A stretch of DNA of 62,964 bases from the NCBI GenBank assembly GCA_015061565.1, contig SUWI01000002.1, positions 1 to 62,964 of the forward strand. The letters run 5' to 3'. The notes beneath the pieces are model-generated. The model was not told the origin of the DNA. It ran no database searches and saw nothing but the letters and a program-made list of their open reading frames with translations. The position numbers were made by a program, and so were the translations under genes. The DNA comes from Lentisphaerota bacterium. GTDB taxonomy: Bacteria > Verrucomicrobiota > Lentisphaeria > Victivallales > UBA1829. Numbering within the stretch: position 1 is the stretch's first letter; each line of letters opens with the position of its first letter. This document shows positions 25,303 through 33,801 of this stretch, piece after piece.

Positions 25303-27840
25303 TTATTCGAAGACCGCTTCGCCGAAAGCTTCCGGATCGTGGAAACCCGCATTCTCCAGATTGGGAGACCAGAGGGACAGTTCCGGCATTTCATTGCCGC
25401 TGCCGCCGATGATCCGGGATTCCCTGCCCACATTCAGCGTCCAGGAGGTACCCGGCCGGGGAGCGGGGACATTCAGCGTCTTAAAAGGCATAGTGAAGAG
25501 AGAATACCATTTCCCGCCCTCGCGGCGGCATCGATAACTCCAATTGCCGTTCCATGAGGCATCCGTCTTCTGGTAGAGCGGATGCAGCGGATCGGTGATG
25601 AGACCGTATGCCTCGTCAAAACGGGATTCCGCAACAGGGGTGTAAATCATGTGATAGAAACTCTGCCGGTCCCCTTTGGGATCGATGAGGATTTCGATGC
25701 AGTCATTACGCCAGCAGGGGCCGTCCTGGCCCAGCGGAAGGAATTTCTTTTTGGGATCAAGATCGGAAACGACAGCGAGATAGAAATTCTCATTGTCATA
25801 AGCGGCTTTGAAACGGGTCTTTTCCACGATGGGGCCCAGCTGGATCCCGCCGAGTTCCTCCCATTTCAGATTTTTCCAGACGCCCGAGGTGAAATCGTTG
25901 AAAACCGGCTTTCCGCTGATTTTTCTGACCGTCATTTTCCTGGACGTCGTGCCGGGAAGGATCTTTTTCGCTTTCAGCAATCCGGTGTCCCAGTTGAACG
26001 GAGCACCCAGCGTGGAAGAACGGCCGTTGTCAGCCAGGTGGGCCCTGGTGGCGCCGTCGAAGAAACGGACATCGGGAAACTCTTTCAGACGCGGCACCCG
26101 GCCGTTCTTGTCCAGCATGGAATCGATGAGAGCATTGCGGGCATCGATCTTCTGCGCCAGGAGATCGAAGGTCGACCAGGAGGGAACCGTGCGGTAGGCC
26201 TGATACATCCGGATCACGTCCACGATGGATTTCAGGTAATCGAACTCCTTGCGGACCAGCAGAAGCCTGGCCTTGACCTTCGGCTGCCGGGCCATTTTTT
26301 CCGCCCGGACAAGGTTCTTTTCCAAGGTTTCCATCACATCGGGCGGATAAAGTGCGCTGAGCACATTCCGCTGACTGGTGAGGTAAGCTTTATCCATGAT
26401 CCAGGGAAACAGTTCCAAAGCATGGTGGAGCGTATTGAAAAAGGTCCGCATCGGAGCGGCGCTTTCATGGAACGACCGCGTGTAATACTCATTGAGCAGG
26501 GATTCACAGCTCCGTTTCGGATCCTCCAGGGTCTTGCCGTAAACATAATAACCGGGTCCCTCGAGTCCGCAGAGTTCGCCAAAACCGCAGCGGTAAATAC
26601 CCTTGACGCCGTTGGCAGCGAAGGTCCTGGCCTGTCTCGCCAGGAACGAGGGCGGCCGTTTGGGCGTGAACCCGGTAATGTGGTAATTGCCCCAGTTATA
26701 GATGTAAGTCAGGAAACCGCCGGGCACCTCGATCTTCTTCCAGTCGGCAAAGACTTCATCCGTATATTTGCAGAGTTCGACCATCGTATTGGCGGGAAAC
26801 GCCGAGAAGGTCTTGGGGGGAGTGGAATTGGGGGGATAACAGATGATGATGACCTTTTTGCCGGGGCGGTCTTTCATCAGCCGTTCGGCCAGGGAACGAT
26901 GGAGGATCCAGATCTTTTCGCCGTAATCATCGCCGACCCCGCCATAAGCCTTGCACTGGTCGCAGCAGCAGGGGTTGAAACCGTCGGTCTGACCGAGTTC
27001 CACCGCGTCGGCGCCGCCGTCAAGTTTGCTGAGCATTTCTTTGTAGATCAGTTCCTGGACTTCGGGATTGGAGATGCAGAGATGGTTGCCCAGCGGGGAA
27101 CGCTTGCCGTCGCGGGACGTGAAGTATTCCGGATGGGTGGCCGCATACTTTTTCGCGGGGACCGCATTGTAATAGGAGTGTCCGCCGTAAAGATGGATCC
27201 TGCCGTAGCCCGGACTGGAGTTGGAATAATCATAGAACACTTCGGAGAACCGTCCGCTTCCCATGATGAGCCGGGGCGTGATTTTCCAGGTGAGACCGCC
27301 GGGAACGGAAACCGATTTGCAGGCCTGGAAATCCAGACCGTTGGGACCGGGGATCAGGAAACGTCCGTTGAGGAAGGTTTCCGTGAAGCGCACTGTTCCG
27401 GTAACGGTTCCGAGGACACACGTGCTGGAGTGCCGCACCGGAACCTTTTTTCCAAACCGATGGCGGTCGCAGCCGGCAATGAAGATGTCATTGCCCCGGG
27501 TGGCGATCACGGCGTCGAAGTTTTGGAACTCCGCAGGAAAGATGCCGATCCGGCGGATCGCCTGGGTGTTCCCAAGGTAGATGGTGGTGCCGCTGAAACC
27601 GGACTTCCGGCCTTCGACTTCAATGGAAGCGTTGATGCCCACGGTCTCCTTCAGTCCGCGCCGGACGATCCCGGCACACTGCCGCAGAAACCCTTCGATC
27701 CCGCGGGTCGCATGTTCCGCCGGGATGACGATCCGGACGGAACTGTCCTTTTTCAATTCGATGGGGGAAGCCGTTTCCGGGACATTCCGGCAGCCGGCCA
27801 GCAGCAGAGCGCAGCCGAGCAGAAACAGTAATTTTTTCAT
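25303..27840 (-). CDS. Lipoprotein, DUF4838-like glycan-active enzyme with a C-terminal CBM9-like domain (cassette B)
   Basis: 845 aa. Lipobox MKKLLFLLGCALLLAGC. It shares LGQTDGFNPCCCDQCKAYGG with the paralogue 27864..30356. C-terminal CBM9-like motif: YDNENFYLAVV...CIEILIDPKGD. The family name is from memory. Confidence 0.8.
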   Translation of the reverse strand: MKKLLFLLGCALLLAGCRNVPETASPIELKKDSSVRIVIPAEHATRGIEGFLRQCAGIVRRGLKETVGINASIEVEGRKSGFSGTTIYLGNTQAIRRIGIFPAEFQNFDAVIATRGNDIFIAGCDRHRFGKKVPVRHSSTCVLGTVTGTVRFTETFLNGRFLIPGPNGLDFQACKSVSVPGGLTWKITPRLIMGSGRFSEVFYDYSNSSPGYGRIHLYGGHSYYNAVPAKKYAATHPEYFTSRDGKRSPLGNHLCISNPEVQELIYKEMLSKLDGGADAVELGQTDGFNPCCCDQCKAYGGVGDDYGEKIWILHRSLAERLMKDRPGKKVIIICYPPNSTPPKTFSAFPANTMVELCKYTDEVFADWKKIEVPGGFLTYIYNWGNYHITGFTPKRPPSFLARQARTFAANGVKGIYRCGFGELCGLEGPGYYVYGKTLEDPKRSCESLLNEYYTRSFHESAAPMRTFFNTLHHALELFPWIMDKAYLTSQRNVLSALYPPDVMETLEKNLVRAEKMARQPKVKARLLLVRKEFDYLKSIVDVIRMYQAYRTVPSWSTFDLLAQKIDARNALIDSMLDKNGRVPRLKEFPDVRFFDGATRAHLADNGRSSTLGAPFNWDTGLLKAKKILPGTTSRKMTVRKISGKPVFNDFTSGVWKNLKWEELGGIQLGPIVEKTRFKAAYDNENFYLAVVSDLDPKKKFLPLGQDGPCWRNDCIEILIDPKGDRQSFYHMIYTPVAESRFDEAYGLITDPLHPLYQKTDASWNGNWSYRCRREGGKWYSLFTMPFKTLNVPAPRPGTSWTLNVGRESRIIGGSGNEMPELSLWSPNLENAGFHDPEAFGEAVFE

Positions 27841-27863
27841 GAAAACTTTTTCCTTTCCCGGTT

Positions 27864-30356
27864 TCAGAACTGCAAAGTGCCGATCCCGGAGTAACGATGG
27901 TGCCAGTTCAGCAGATTAATGTTGTATTCCCAGGTGTAAACCTGTTTGGCGAGATGCTGTGTGAAGTCGATATACCGCTTTTCACCGGGCTTGGCGGGAC
28001 CGCCGAACAGTTCCAGCGGGATGGTGACCTGGGACACCGGCGGTTCTCCGGCCTTTTCGATCAGCCGGCATTTGACGGCATATTTCTTCGTCAGTTCGGG
28101 AACATTCTCATACGTGTCGCCGTAATCCTCGCCCTTTTTCGGCTTGACGCGGCGGGCAATGGACGCAGTTCCGCCAAAGGTGCTGAACCACAGCCGGTAA
28201 CGCGGAGAGGCCGCATCTTTCTGGAGCCGGATCCAGGTGGTGCCGCGCCGGAGACCCTTTTCCAGGTTGTCCAGACGCATTTCCGTGATCAGGTTGTCCC
28301 CTTCCACCCGGCAGCGGACGGATATGGGATGTTCTTTGATGTAAGCATTGTTCCGGTCGCAGTAAACATCCAGCATCTCCTGCCATTCCGGATTGCCGGC
28401 TTTCAGGACACGTCCGGAGGGACGCATCTTCTTTGCCATGAAATACTCCACATCCCAGTTGAAAGGAGCCTTGAGCGGAGCGGCCAGCCGGCCGTTCTGA
28501 TAAACCATTTCGACGGGGAAATGACCGATCGTGAAGAAGAGTCCCTTGGGACGCAGGAAACGGGTCTTCCTGACCAGATAAGACGGCAGGGAATCGATAA
28601 ATTTCTTGCGGCCGATGATGCAGTTGGCCAGATGTTCGAACTCTTTCTGTCCGGGATTCCGGTGGTAGGCATAAAAAGCATTGCAGGCTCCGGCAGTAAG
28701 TTTCAGGTAGTCGAATTCCTGCCGGGCGTGTTCGAGCAGTTCCTTGCCGGCGGAGGCATTCTTTTCGCCATCCCGGAGCAGGGAATCCAGTTTTGCGATC
28801 ACCTCGTCGGGATAACGGCGGTGCAGCAGGGCCACGTTGGGAGCGAAAACGCTGCGGGCGATGGTCTGCGCGTCCGGCCGGGTGTAATCCTCTTTCGCCG
28901 CGCCGGAGAAGTCGATCCGGGAATAGAGCAGCGTGTAGAACTGTTCCATGAAAGGCGCGCTTTTTTCGCCGAAACTTTTTTCGCAGAACGTCTTGAGGAA
29001 GGCTTCCGGCGAGGTCGGATCGCCCGCCAGAGACCGGAGATAATAAGTCACTACCGGCAGGTTGAGTCCCGGCAGTTCGGTCAGGCCGCAGAAGTAGATG
29101 GCATTGATCCCGTGACGCCGGAACATGGCTGTCTGCGCCTGAGCCTGTTTCAGGGAAAAGGTCGGCGTGAGTCCTTCCGTGTGGTATTCACCCCAGTTGT
29201 AGAGATAGACATCGAAGCCGCGGGGGACTTTGCAGGCACTCCAGCGTTTCAGATATGCTTCGGAAAGCCGCTGGCCGGCGGCCAGGGTGACCGAAACGTT
29301 TTCCGGAAAGGCTTTCGTGAATTTGGGCGGGAAGACGGTGGGGCCGTAGGCCATGATCCGGACCGATTTGCCGGGACGGTCCTTGAGCAGACGCTCCGCC
29401 ATGTCCAGGTGAAGTTTCCAGATCGCCTCTCCGACGCCGTCCTTGAAGAGTTTTTTGCATTCGGGGCATTCGCAGGCGTGGAAACCGTCAGTCTGTCCCA
29501 GCTGGGTCTCCATCACCCCGGGGCGGCTGAGGGAATCCAGAACCTCCTGATAAATCAGTTTCTGCACGTCCGGATTGGAAAGACAATACTGGGGGATCCC
29601 GGGATAGCCATTGCGCTTGCCCCGGACGACCGCAAAATACTCCGGATGCGCTTTCAGGTATTTGGCCGGCGGGATCGCCGGAATATGGGAGTGACCGCTG
29701 TGACAGTTATACCATGGGGCCGTCAGCAGGTCGTTGGCAGTTGAATAATACTGTTCCATGCCGCGGCCGATGCCGAACAGGGTATACGGAACCGCGGTGA
29801 TGTCCAGATCGGCGGGAACCGTCAGCCCGGCTTTGCGAGGAACAAAGATGCCGTTCCGTCCCGGATAAAGGAAATCCGCTTCCGCAAATTTTTTGGCGAA
29901 TTCGATCACGGCCTTGACCGAACCGGTCCGCAGCCCGTGGAACCCCTTTTTGGCCGGATTCTGGTCAGCATCATCTCCCAGCAGGAAGATATCCCCGTTA
30001 TCGGCCTTCATCCGGTATTCGTTGAGGGTCCAGGATTTCTTATCGATATTCCGGGCTTTTGCCGCAGAACCCGGTCCGACATAGATCGCCCTGGCTCCCG
30101 GCTTCAAACTTTTTTCCGGCACGAAAGGCACGGTCACTCCGGTACGGATCCGGATCAGATCCTTGAGCAGTCCTGCCGCGGCCCGATACTGGTAGGCCAG
30201 ATTCGGCGAAGGGCTGTCGGCAAACGCAATGACGTAGCCGGTTTTGTTTCCCTTGACGATTTCGAGATCGGAGCCGCCGAAAATCGGCAGGGACACGGAC
30301 AGGAGCAGCAGCGAAAAAATCTTCACTGCGGTTCCGCAAAAGTTCTTTTTTTTCAT
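27864..30356 (-). CDS. Secreted DUF4838-like glycan-active enzyme (cassette B)
   Basis: I chose the start at MKKKNFCGTAVKIFSLLLLSVSL (ATG 30356); the ORF-track ORF extends to 30482. It has LGQTDGFHACECPECKKLF and is paralogous to 25303..27840 along most of its length. Confidence 0.8.
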   Translation of the reverse strand: MKKKNFCGTAVKIFSLLLLSVSLPIFGGSDLEIVKGNKTGYVIAFADSPSPNLAYQYRAAAGLLKDLIRIRTGVTVPFVPEKSLKPGARAIYVGPGSAAKARNIDKKSWTLNEYRMKADNGDIFLLGDDADQNPAKKGFHGLRTGSVKAVIEFAKKFAEADFLYPGRNGIFVPRKAGLTVPADLDITAVPYTLFGIGRGMEQYYSTANDLLTAPWYNCHSGHSHIPAIPPAKYLKAHPEYFAVVRGKRNGYPGIPQYCLSNPDVQKLIYQEVLDSLSRPGVMETQLGQTDGFHACECPECKKLFKDGVGEAIWKLHLDMAERLLKDRPGKSVRIMAYGPTVFPPKFTKAFPENVSVTLAAGQRLSEAYLKRWSACKVPRGFDVYLYNWGEYHTEGLTPTFSLKQAQAQTAMFRRHGINAIYFCGLTELPGLNLPVVTYYLRSLAGDPTSPEAFLKTFCEKSFGEKSAPFMEQFYTLLYSRIDFSGAAKEDYTRPDAQTIARSVFAPNVALLHRRYPDEVIAKLDSLLRDGEKNASAGKELLEHARQEFDYLKLTAGACNAFYAYHRNPGQKEFEHLANCIIGRKKFIDSLPSYLVRKTRFLRPKGLFFTIGHFPVEMVYQNGRLAAPLKAPFNWDVEYFMAKKMRPSGRVLKAGNPEWQEMLDVYCDRNNAYIKEHPISVRCRVEGDNLITEMRLDNLEKGLRRGTTWIRLQKDAASPRYRLWFSTFGGTASIARRVKPKKGEDYGDTYENVPELTKKYAVKCRLIEKAGEPPVSQVTIPLELFGGPAKPGEKRYIDFTQHLAKQVYTWEYNINLLNWHHRYSGIGTLQF

Positions 30357-30451
30357 TCGAACATCCTGCTTTTTCAATTGTATTTTAGAATTTTGATCGG
30401 AAACCGAAAAAAGCTGTGCCGACGGCCGGTTCATCCGAAGCGGAAACGGGT

Positions 30452-30486
30452 TTCCGGGTTTCAGACGGCCGTCTGCGCACACCAGT
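30452..30486. repeat. Two adjacent palindromes between the pseudopilin gene and the first enzyme gene of cassette B
   Basis: CGGAAACGGGTTTCCG (30452-30467) and CAGACGGCCGTCTG (30473-30486), read directly. Confidence 0.85.
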
Positions 30487-30491
30487 CCCTT

Positions 30492-31331
30492 TTACAGTTT
30501 GCACCAGAAAGGCGCCCAGTTGAGTCTTTCGGCGGCGGAAAGGTTGGAATAACTGCGGAACTGAATTTCGGAAAAGGCATTCTGACCGACATTGCCGGCC
30601 GCAAAAAGCGTATTCGTCTTTTTGGAATGACGGAACTTGGGCCAGACCAGGTTGCTTTCATTGCCGTAATAAGTTTCAACGTTCTGATGACATTGAAAAC
30701 CGCCGGCGGAATCTATGAAGAGCATGGTCCTGGACGGCATCATCATCCGGGACATTTTCTGCGCCGCAGGATAATTGTAATAGTTGGCATTCAAATAAGC
30801 ATTATGGCTGTAAGAAACGACCCGTTTGTTGGCGAAGGTGTCCCACAGCCCGGGTTTGACGAAGGAAGGACAGACCAGACGGTCGACCTGGAGATTGCCC
30901 TTGCCGTCGACATCCCACCCGCTGAGCACTGCGTAATTGTAGCTATCCCGGTATCCCATATAGGGGGAAAGCAGTCCCAGGGAGGGATTGACATAATACC
31001 ATATTTTACGGCCGGCATCATTGGTGGGAGTATTCTGGAATGGAGTGACGCAGTCGTTATTGTCGGCTGCATACATGCCGTTGGCTTTGCCGAACTGGGA
31101 AAGGTTGCTGACGCATTGGATCGCTTTGGCGCGGTTTCGGGCCTGGTTCAAGGCCGGCAGCAGCAGACCGGCCAGAATGGCTATGATCGCGACCACGACG
31201 AGGAGCTCTATGAGGGTGAATGTCCGCACTGCTTTCACGAATTTCTTTTTTGACTGTCTCCTGTCTTCGCTGAAAAAACTGTTTTCGAAGGAACTCCTGC
31301 GGAGCAAGGTTGTTTTTGATCTCTGTTTCAT
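30492..31331 (-). CDS. Prepilin-like DUF1559 / H-X9-DG family protein (cassette B); in frame with the upstream regulator ORF
   Basis: The internal ATG at 31331 follows GGAAAGGAAAA. Sequence: MKQRSKTT...[45 protein letters not shown]. The C-terminal variant motif is [13 protein letters not shown]. The ORF track merges it with the regulator into one 672-aa ORF. Confidence 0.75.
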   Translation of the reverse strand: MKQRSKTTLLRRSSFENSFFSEDRRQSKKKFVKAVRTFTLIELLVVVAIIAILAGLLLPALNQARNRAKAIQCVSNLSQFGKANGMYAADNNDCVTPFQNTPTNDAGRKIWYYVNPSLGLLSPYMGYRDSYNYAVLSGWDVDGKGNLQVDRLVCPSFVKPGLWDTFANKRVVSYSHNAYLNANYYNYPAAQKMSRMMMPSRTMLFIDSAGGFQCHQNVETYYGNESNLVWPKFRHSKKTNTLFAAGNVGQNAFSEIQFRSYSNLSAAERLNWAPFWCKL

Positions 31332-32471
31332 AGTTTTCCTTTCCGGCAAATGCCTGAATTTTGAATCTGATTCCGTTTTTCCGATGCTGGCACGGCGGCA
31401 GACCTTGAACGGGATCTCCTGCCAGCGAGGCGGTTCGTCTTTGCCGAACCATTGCTCCGGAGCGCAAAGCTTTTCCGCCGTGAGCCGGCCGTAAGCAGCA
31501 TAATCTTCATCCACGGTGGCCAGCGCGGGCCGGAGCAATGCGCCTCCCGGATAACCGCAAAATCCCATGACTGCAATGTCCTCGGGTATGCGCAGTTTCT
31601 TCTCCCCGAGGACCTGATACACCTTCAAAGCGATGAAGTCGGAGAAACAATAGACCGCCTCCGGCCGGTTTTTCAGAGCAAGGAATTTTTCAACGGCGGC
31701 TCTGATGGTCCGGTCGCTGCCGGGGAACGAAACATTGTCGCAGAATTGGACCAGCTCCGGATCGGACTCCGCACCGCAGGCATCGAGCAGCTCCAGATGT
31801 TCGGCGGCAGTCCTGCCGCGGGAGGTTCTGCCGTCGCTGGTGCACAGCAGCACGGCGATCCGTTTCCGGCCGGTCTCGCAAAGGGTTTCCAGTCCCGACT
31901 GCCACGCCAGTCTTATATCACATCCGAAACCGGGAAACCCGGCGACTTGAACATCTTTCGGATCGACATGCCCCAGAATGACCGGCAGTCCGAGCCGGTG
32001 CAGGATTTTCAGCTCCGGTTCATTTCCGCGATAATCGCTCCCGTCCAGATAGACGCCGGTGTAACCGTCATTGCGCAGATGCGTCACCATCGTTTCGGAA
32101 GGGCTGCAGCGCAGGAACTGCGCGTCTATCTCGGTCACTTTTCCCCCCAGTTCGCTGGTGCGGGCGATGAAATCGGGGATGATGTAAGATCCGGCAAATT
32201 CCATATTGGAGCCATGGCGGACGACCAGCAGATGGGGCGCGGGATGGTTCCGGCGCGATTCGGGCGCGAAAGTGCCGCGTCCGTGGATTACGTTCAGCTC
32301 GCCGGTCAGGGAAAGCTCCCGCAGCACGGAACGGATCGTGATATGCGACACCTGGAATTCGCGCGCCAGCTCGATCCCGCTTTTCAGCTTGCTTCCCGGC
32401 GCGATCTCGCCGCTCCGCAGACGCCGCCGCAGTTCCGCCAGGACCTGTTCTTTTTTCAAGGGACTGTTCAT
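31332..32471 (-). CDS. GntR-type HTH regulator with a LacI/PBP1-like domain (cassette B); no stop codon before the pseudopilin gene
   Basis: Start at [14 protein letters not shown] (ATG 32471). wHTH: [41 protein letters not shown]. It is paralogous to 15987..17081 and 60945..62003 but reads straight into 31331 without a stop. Confidence 0.7.
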
Positions 32472-32517
32472 ATAAAAATTGTCCAATATCAAATAATCAC
32501 TTATAATCACTTGCTAT

Positions 32518-32545
32518 ATTTTACACGAAAATAGTGATTTGTCAA
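32518..32545 (-). promoter_or_regulatory. Candidate promoter of the cassette-B regulator
   Basis: The minus strand reads TTGACA-N16-TAAAAT. It is flanked by ATAATCACTT x2 (32493-32512) and an inverted AGTGATT (32533-32539). Confidence 0.4.
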
Positions 32546-32605
32546 GGGGGCATGACAAAAATTTAGAGAAAAAAGCTCTGCACGGCAGCAGCCCGCGGTG
32601 AGCGG

Positions 32606-32672
32606 AGCGCGTCATGTAATCTATAGGACTTATAAGTCTTATCAGGGAAACGCCGGATAGCAGGTTTTCCGC
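32606..32672. repeat. Member of the 9-bp periodic intergenic repeat family
   Basis: AGCGCGTCATGTAA-tct-ATAGGACTT-ATAAGTCTT-ATCAGGGAA, then CCGGATAGCAGGTTTTCCG. The tail parallels CTGGATAGAAAAGCAG...GGTTTTCCG inside the 15675 element. Confidence 0.55.
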
Positions 32673-32795
32673 TTCAGCAAATTATTTCAAGGAACCCGGA
32701 TCGCGGTGCTCCGCAGCCGTTTGCGGATCCGGCTGCGGTTTCGGTCCGGACATCCCCCCTGCCCGGTTGGATTTGAGCGAAAAAAATGATTGTTC

Positions 32796-32865
32796 TGAAC
32801 GTTTTCGGTCAAAATAATGAACGTTTTGCATAAAGTCGTTCAAAACGTTCAAAACGGATTTGCAT
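32796..32865. promoter_or_regulatory. Operator-like repeat array upstream of the DUF89/ADH/DeoR/epimerase cluster
   Basis: TGAACGTTTT occurs at 32796-32805 and 32818-32827 (22 nt apart), with the inverted copy AAAACGTTCA at 32842-32851. GTTCAAAAC is tandemly repeated twice (32838-32855). TTTGCAT occurs at 32825-32831 and 32859-32865. Confidence 0.4.
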
Positions 32866-32925
32866 CTTTGCACTGCGGATATTATCTTATTCGCAGCCAA
32901 ACCGAAAAAAACGTGGAATCCGAAA

Positions 32926-33785
32926 ATGAAAACTTGCCTGGAATGTCTGCCCTGTCTGGGAAAAAATGCGGTGGATGCCGCGAAACGTTCGACGGACGAT
33001 ATTGCGGTCCGGAAACAGATCGTTTCGGACTCGCTGCGTCTGCTGGCGGAGAATGATTTTGAAATGCCGCCGCCGTTTACCGCCCGGAAAATACTGGATA
33101 TCGCCCGACGGCATACCGGAAAGGAAGATATCTACCGGTCCGAAAAAAAACGTTCGAATACCCTGGCTGAAAAACTGGTGTCCGAACTGTCCGGGATCCC
33201 GGAATACCATCCGGATGACTTCGAATCACGTCTGCGGCTGGCCGTTGCCGGCAATATTCTGGATTTCGGGATCTTCGCCGATCTGGACATAGCCAGAGCG
33301 CTGCAGGCGGTCCGGTCCGCATTCACCAGACCGCTGGACCATGAAGCGGCAGAACGGCTGCATGCCCGTATGGAATCCGCGGAAAACATTTTATATATTC
33401 TCGACAATTGCGGGGAAGCCGTGTTCGACCGGGTTTTCCTGGAACCTTACAGACAGAAAATCACGCTGGGAGTCCGCGGACGCGCCGCATTCAACGATGT
33501 CCTGGGAAGCGATCTGGCGGACTGCGGTCTGGCGGGATTCGCCCGTGCCGTGACCGCGAACGGACCTGCTGGGATCCCGGGAACCATTCTTTCCGAATGC
33601 AGCGAAGAATTCCGGCAGGTTTTCGGACAGGCAGATCTGATCATTGAAAAGGACAGGGAAATTTCGAGACCATGGACGAATATCCGAATCCGATCGCGTT
33701 CCTGTTCCTGGTCAAATGTCCGGTCGTGGCGCGGGCTATTCAGGCGGAACCGGATTCCATCCAGATCCGCATGCATAATTTCTGA
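32926..33785 (+). pseudogene. DUF89 / ARMT1-like damage-control phosphatase, interrupted by a 1-nt frameshift (or assembly error)
   Basis: Start at MKTCLECLPCLGKN (32926). It has DNCGEAVFD. After ADLIIE the listed frame degenerates. The frame one nucleotide over reads KGQGNFETMDEYPNPIAFLFLVKCPVVARAIQAEPDSIQIRMHNF and stops at 33783-33785. One extra A in the A4 run at 33647-33650 would restore the frame. Confidence 0.75.
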
Positions 33786-33801
33786 ACGGGAGAACAGGGA
33801 C

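Noticed and set aside
24080-25537. 485-aa plus-strand ORF across the sialidase-like gene.
   Set aside because: It is antisense to a gene with five clear Asp-boxes, and it begins inside the repeat element and direct repeat.
32682-32900. 72-aa minus-strand ORF in the 415-bp intergenic region upstream of DUF89.
   Set aside because: It overlaps the operator-like repeat array and the likely promoter. It has no SD and no motif.
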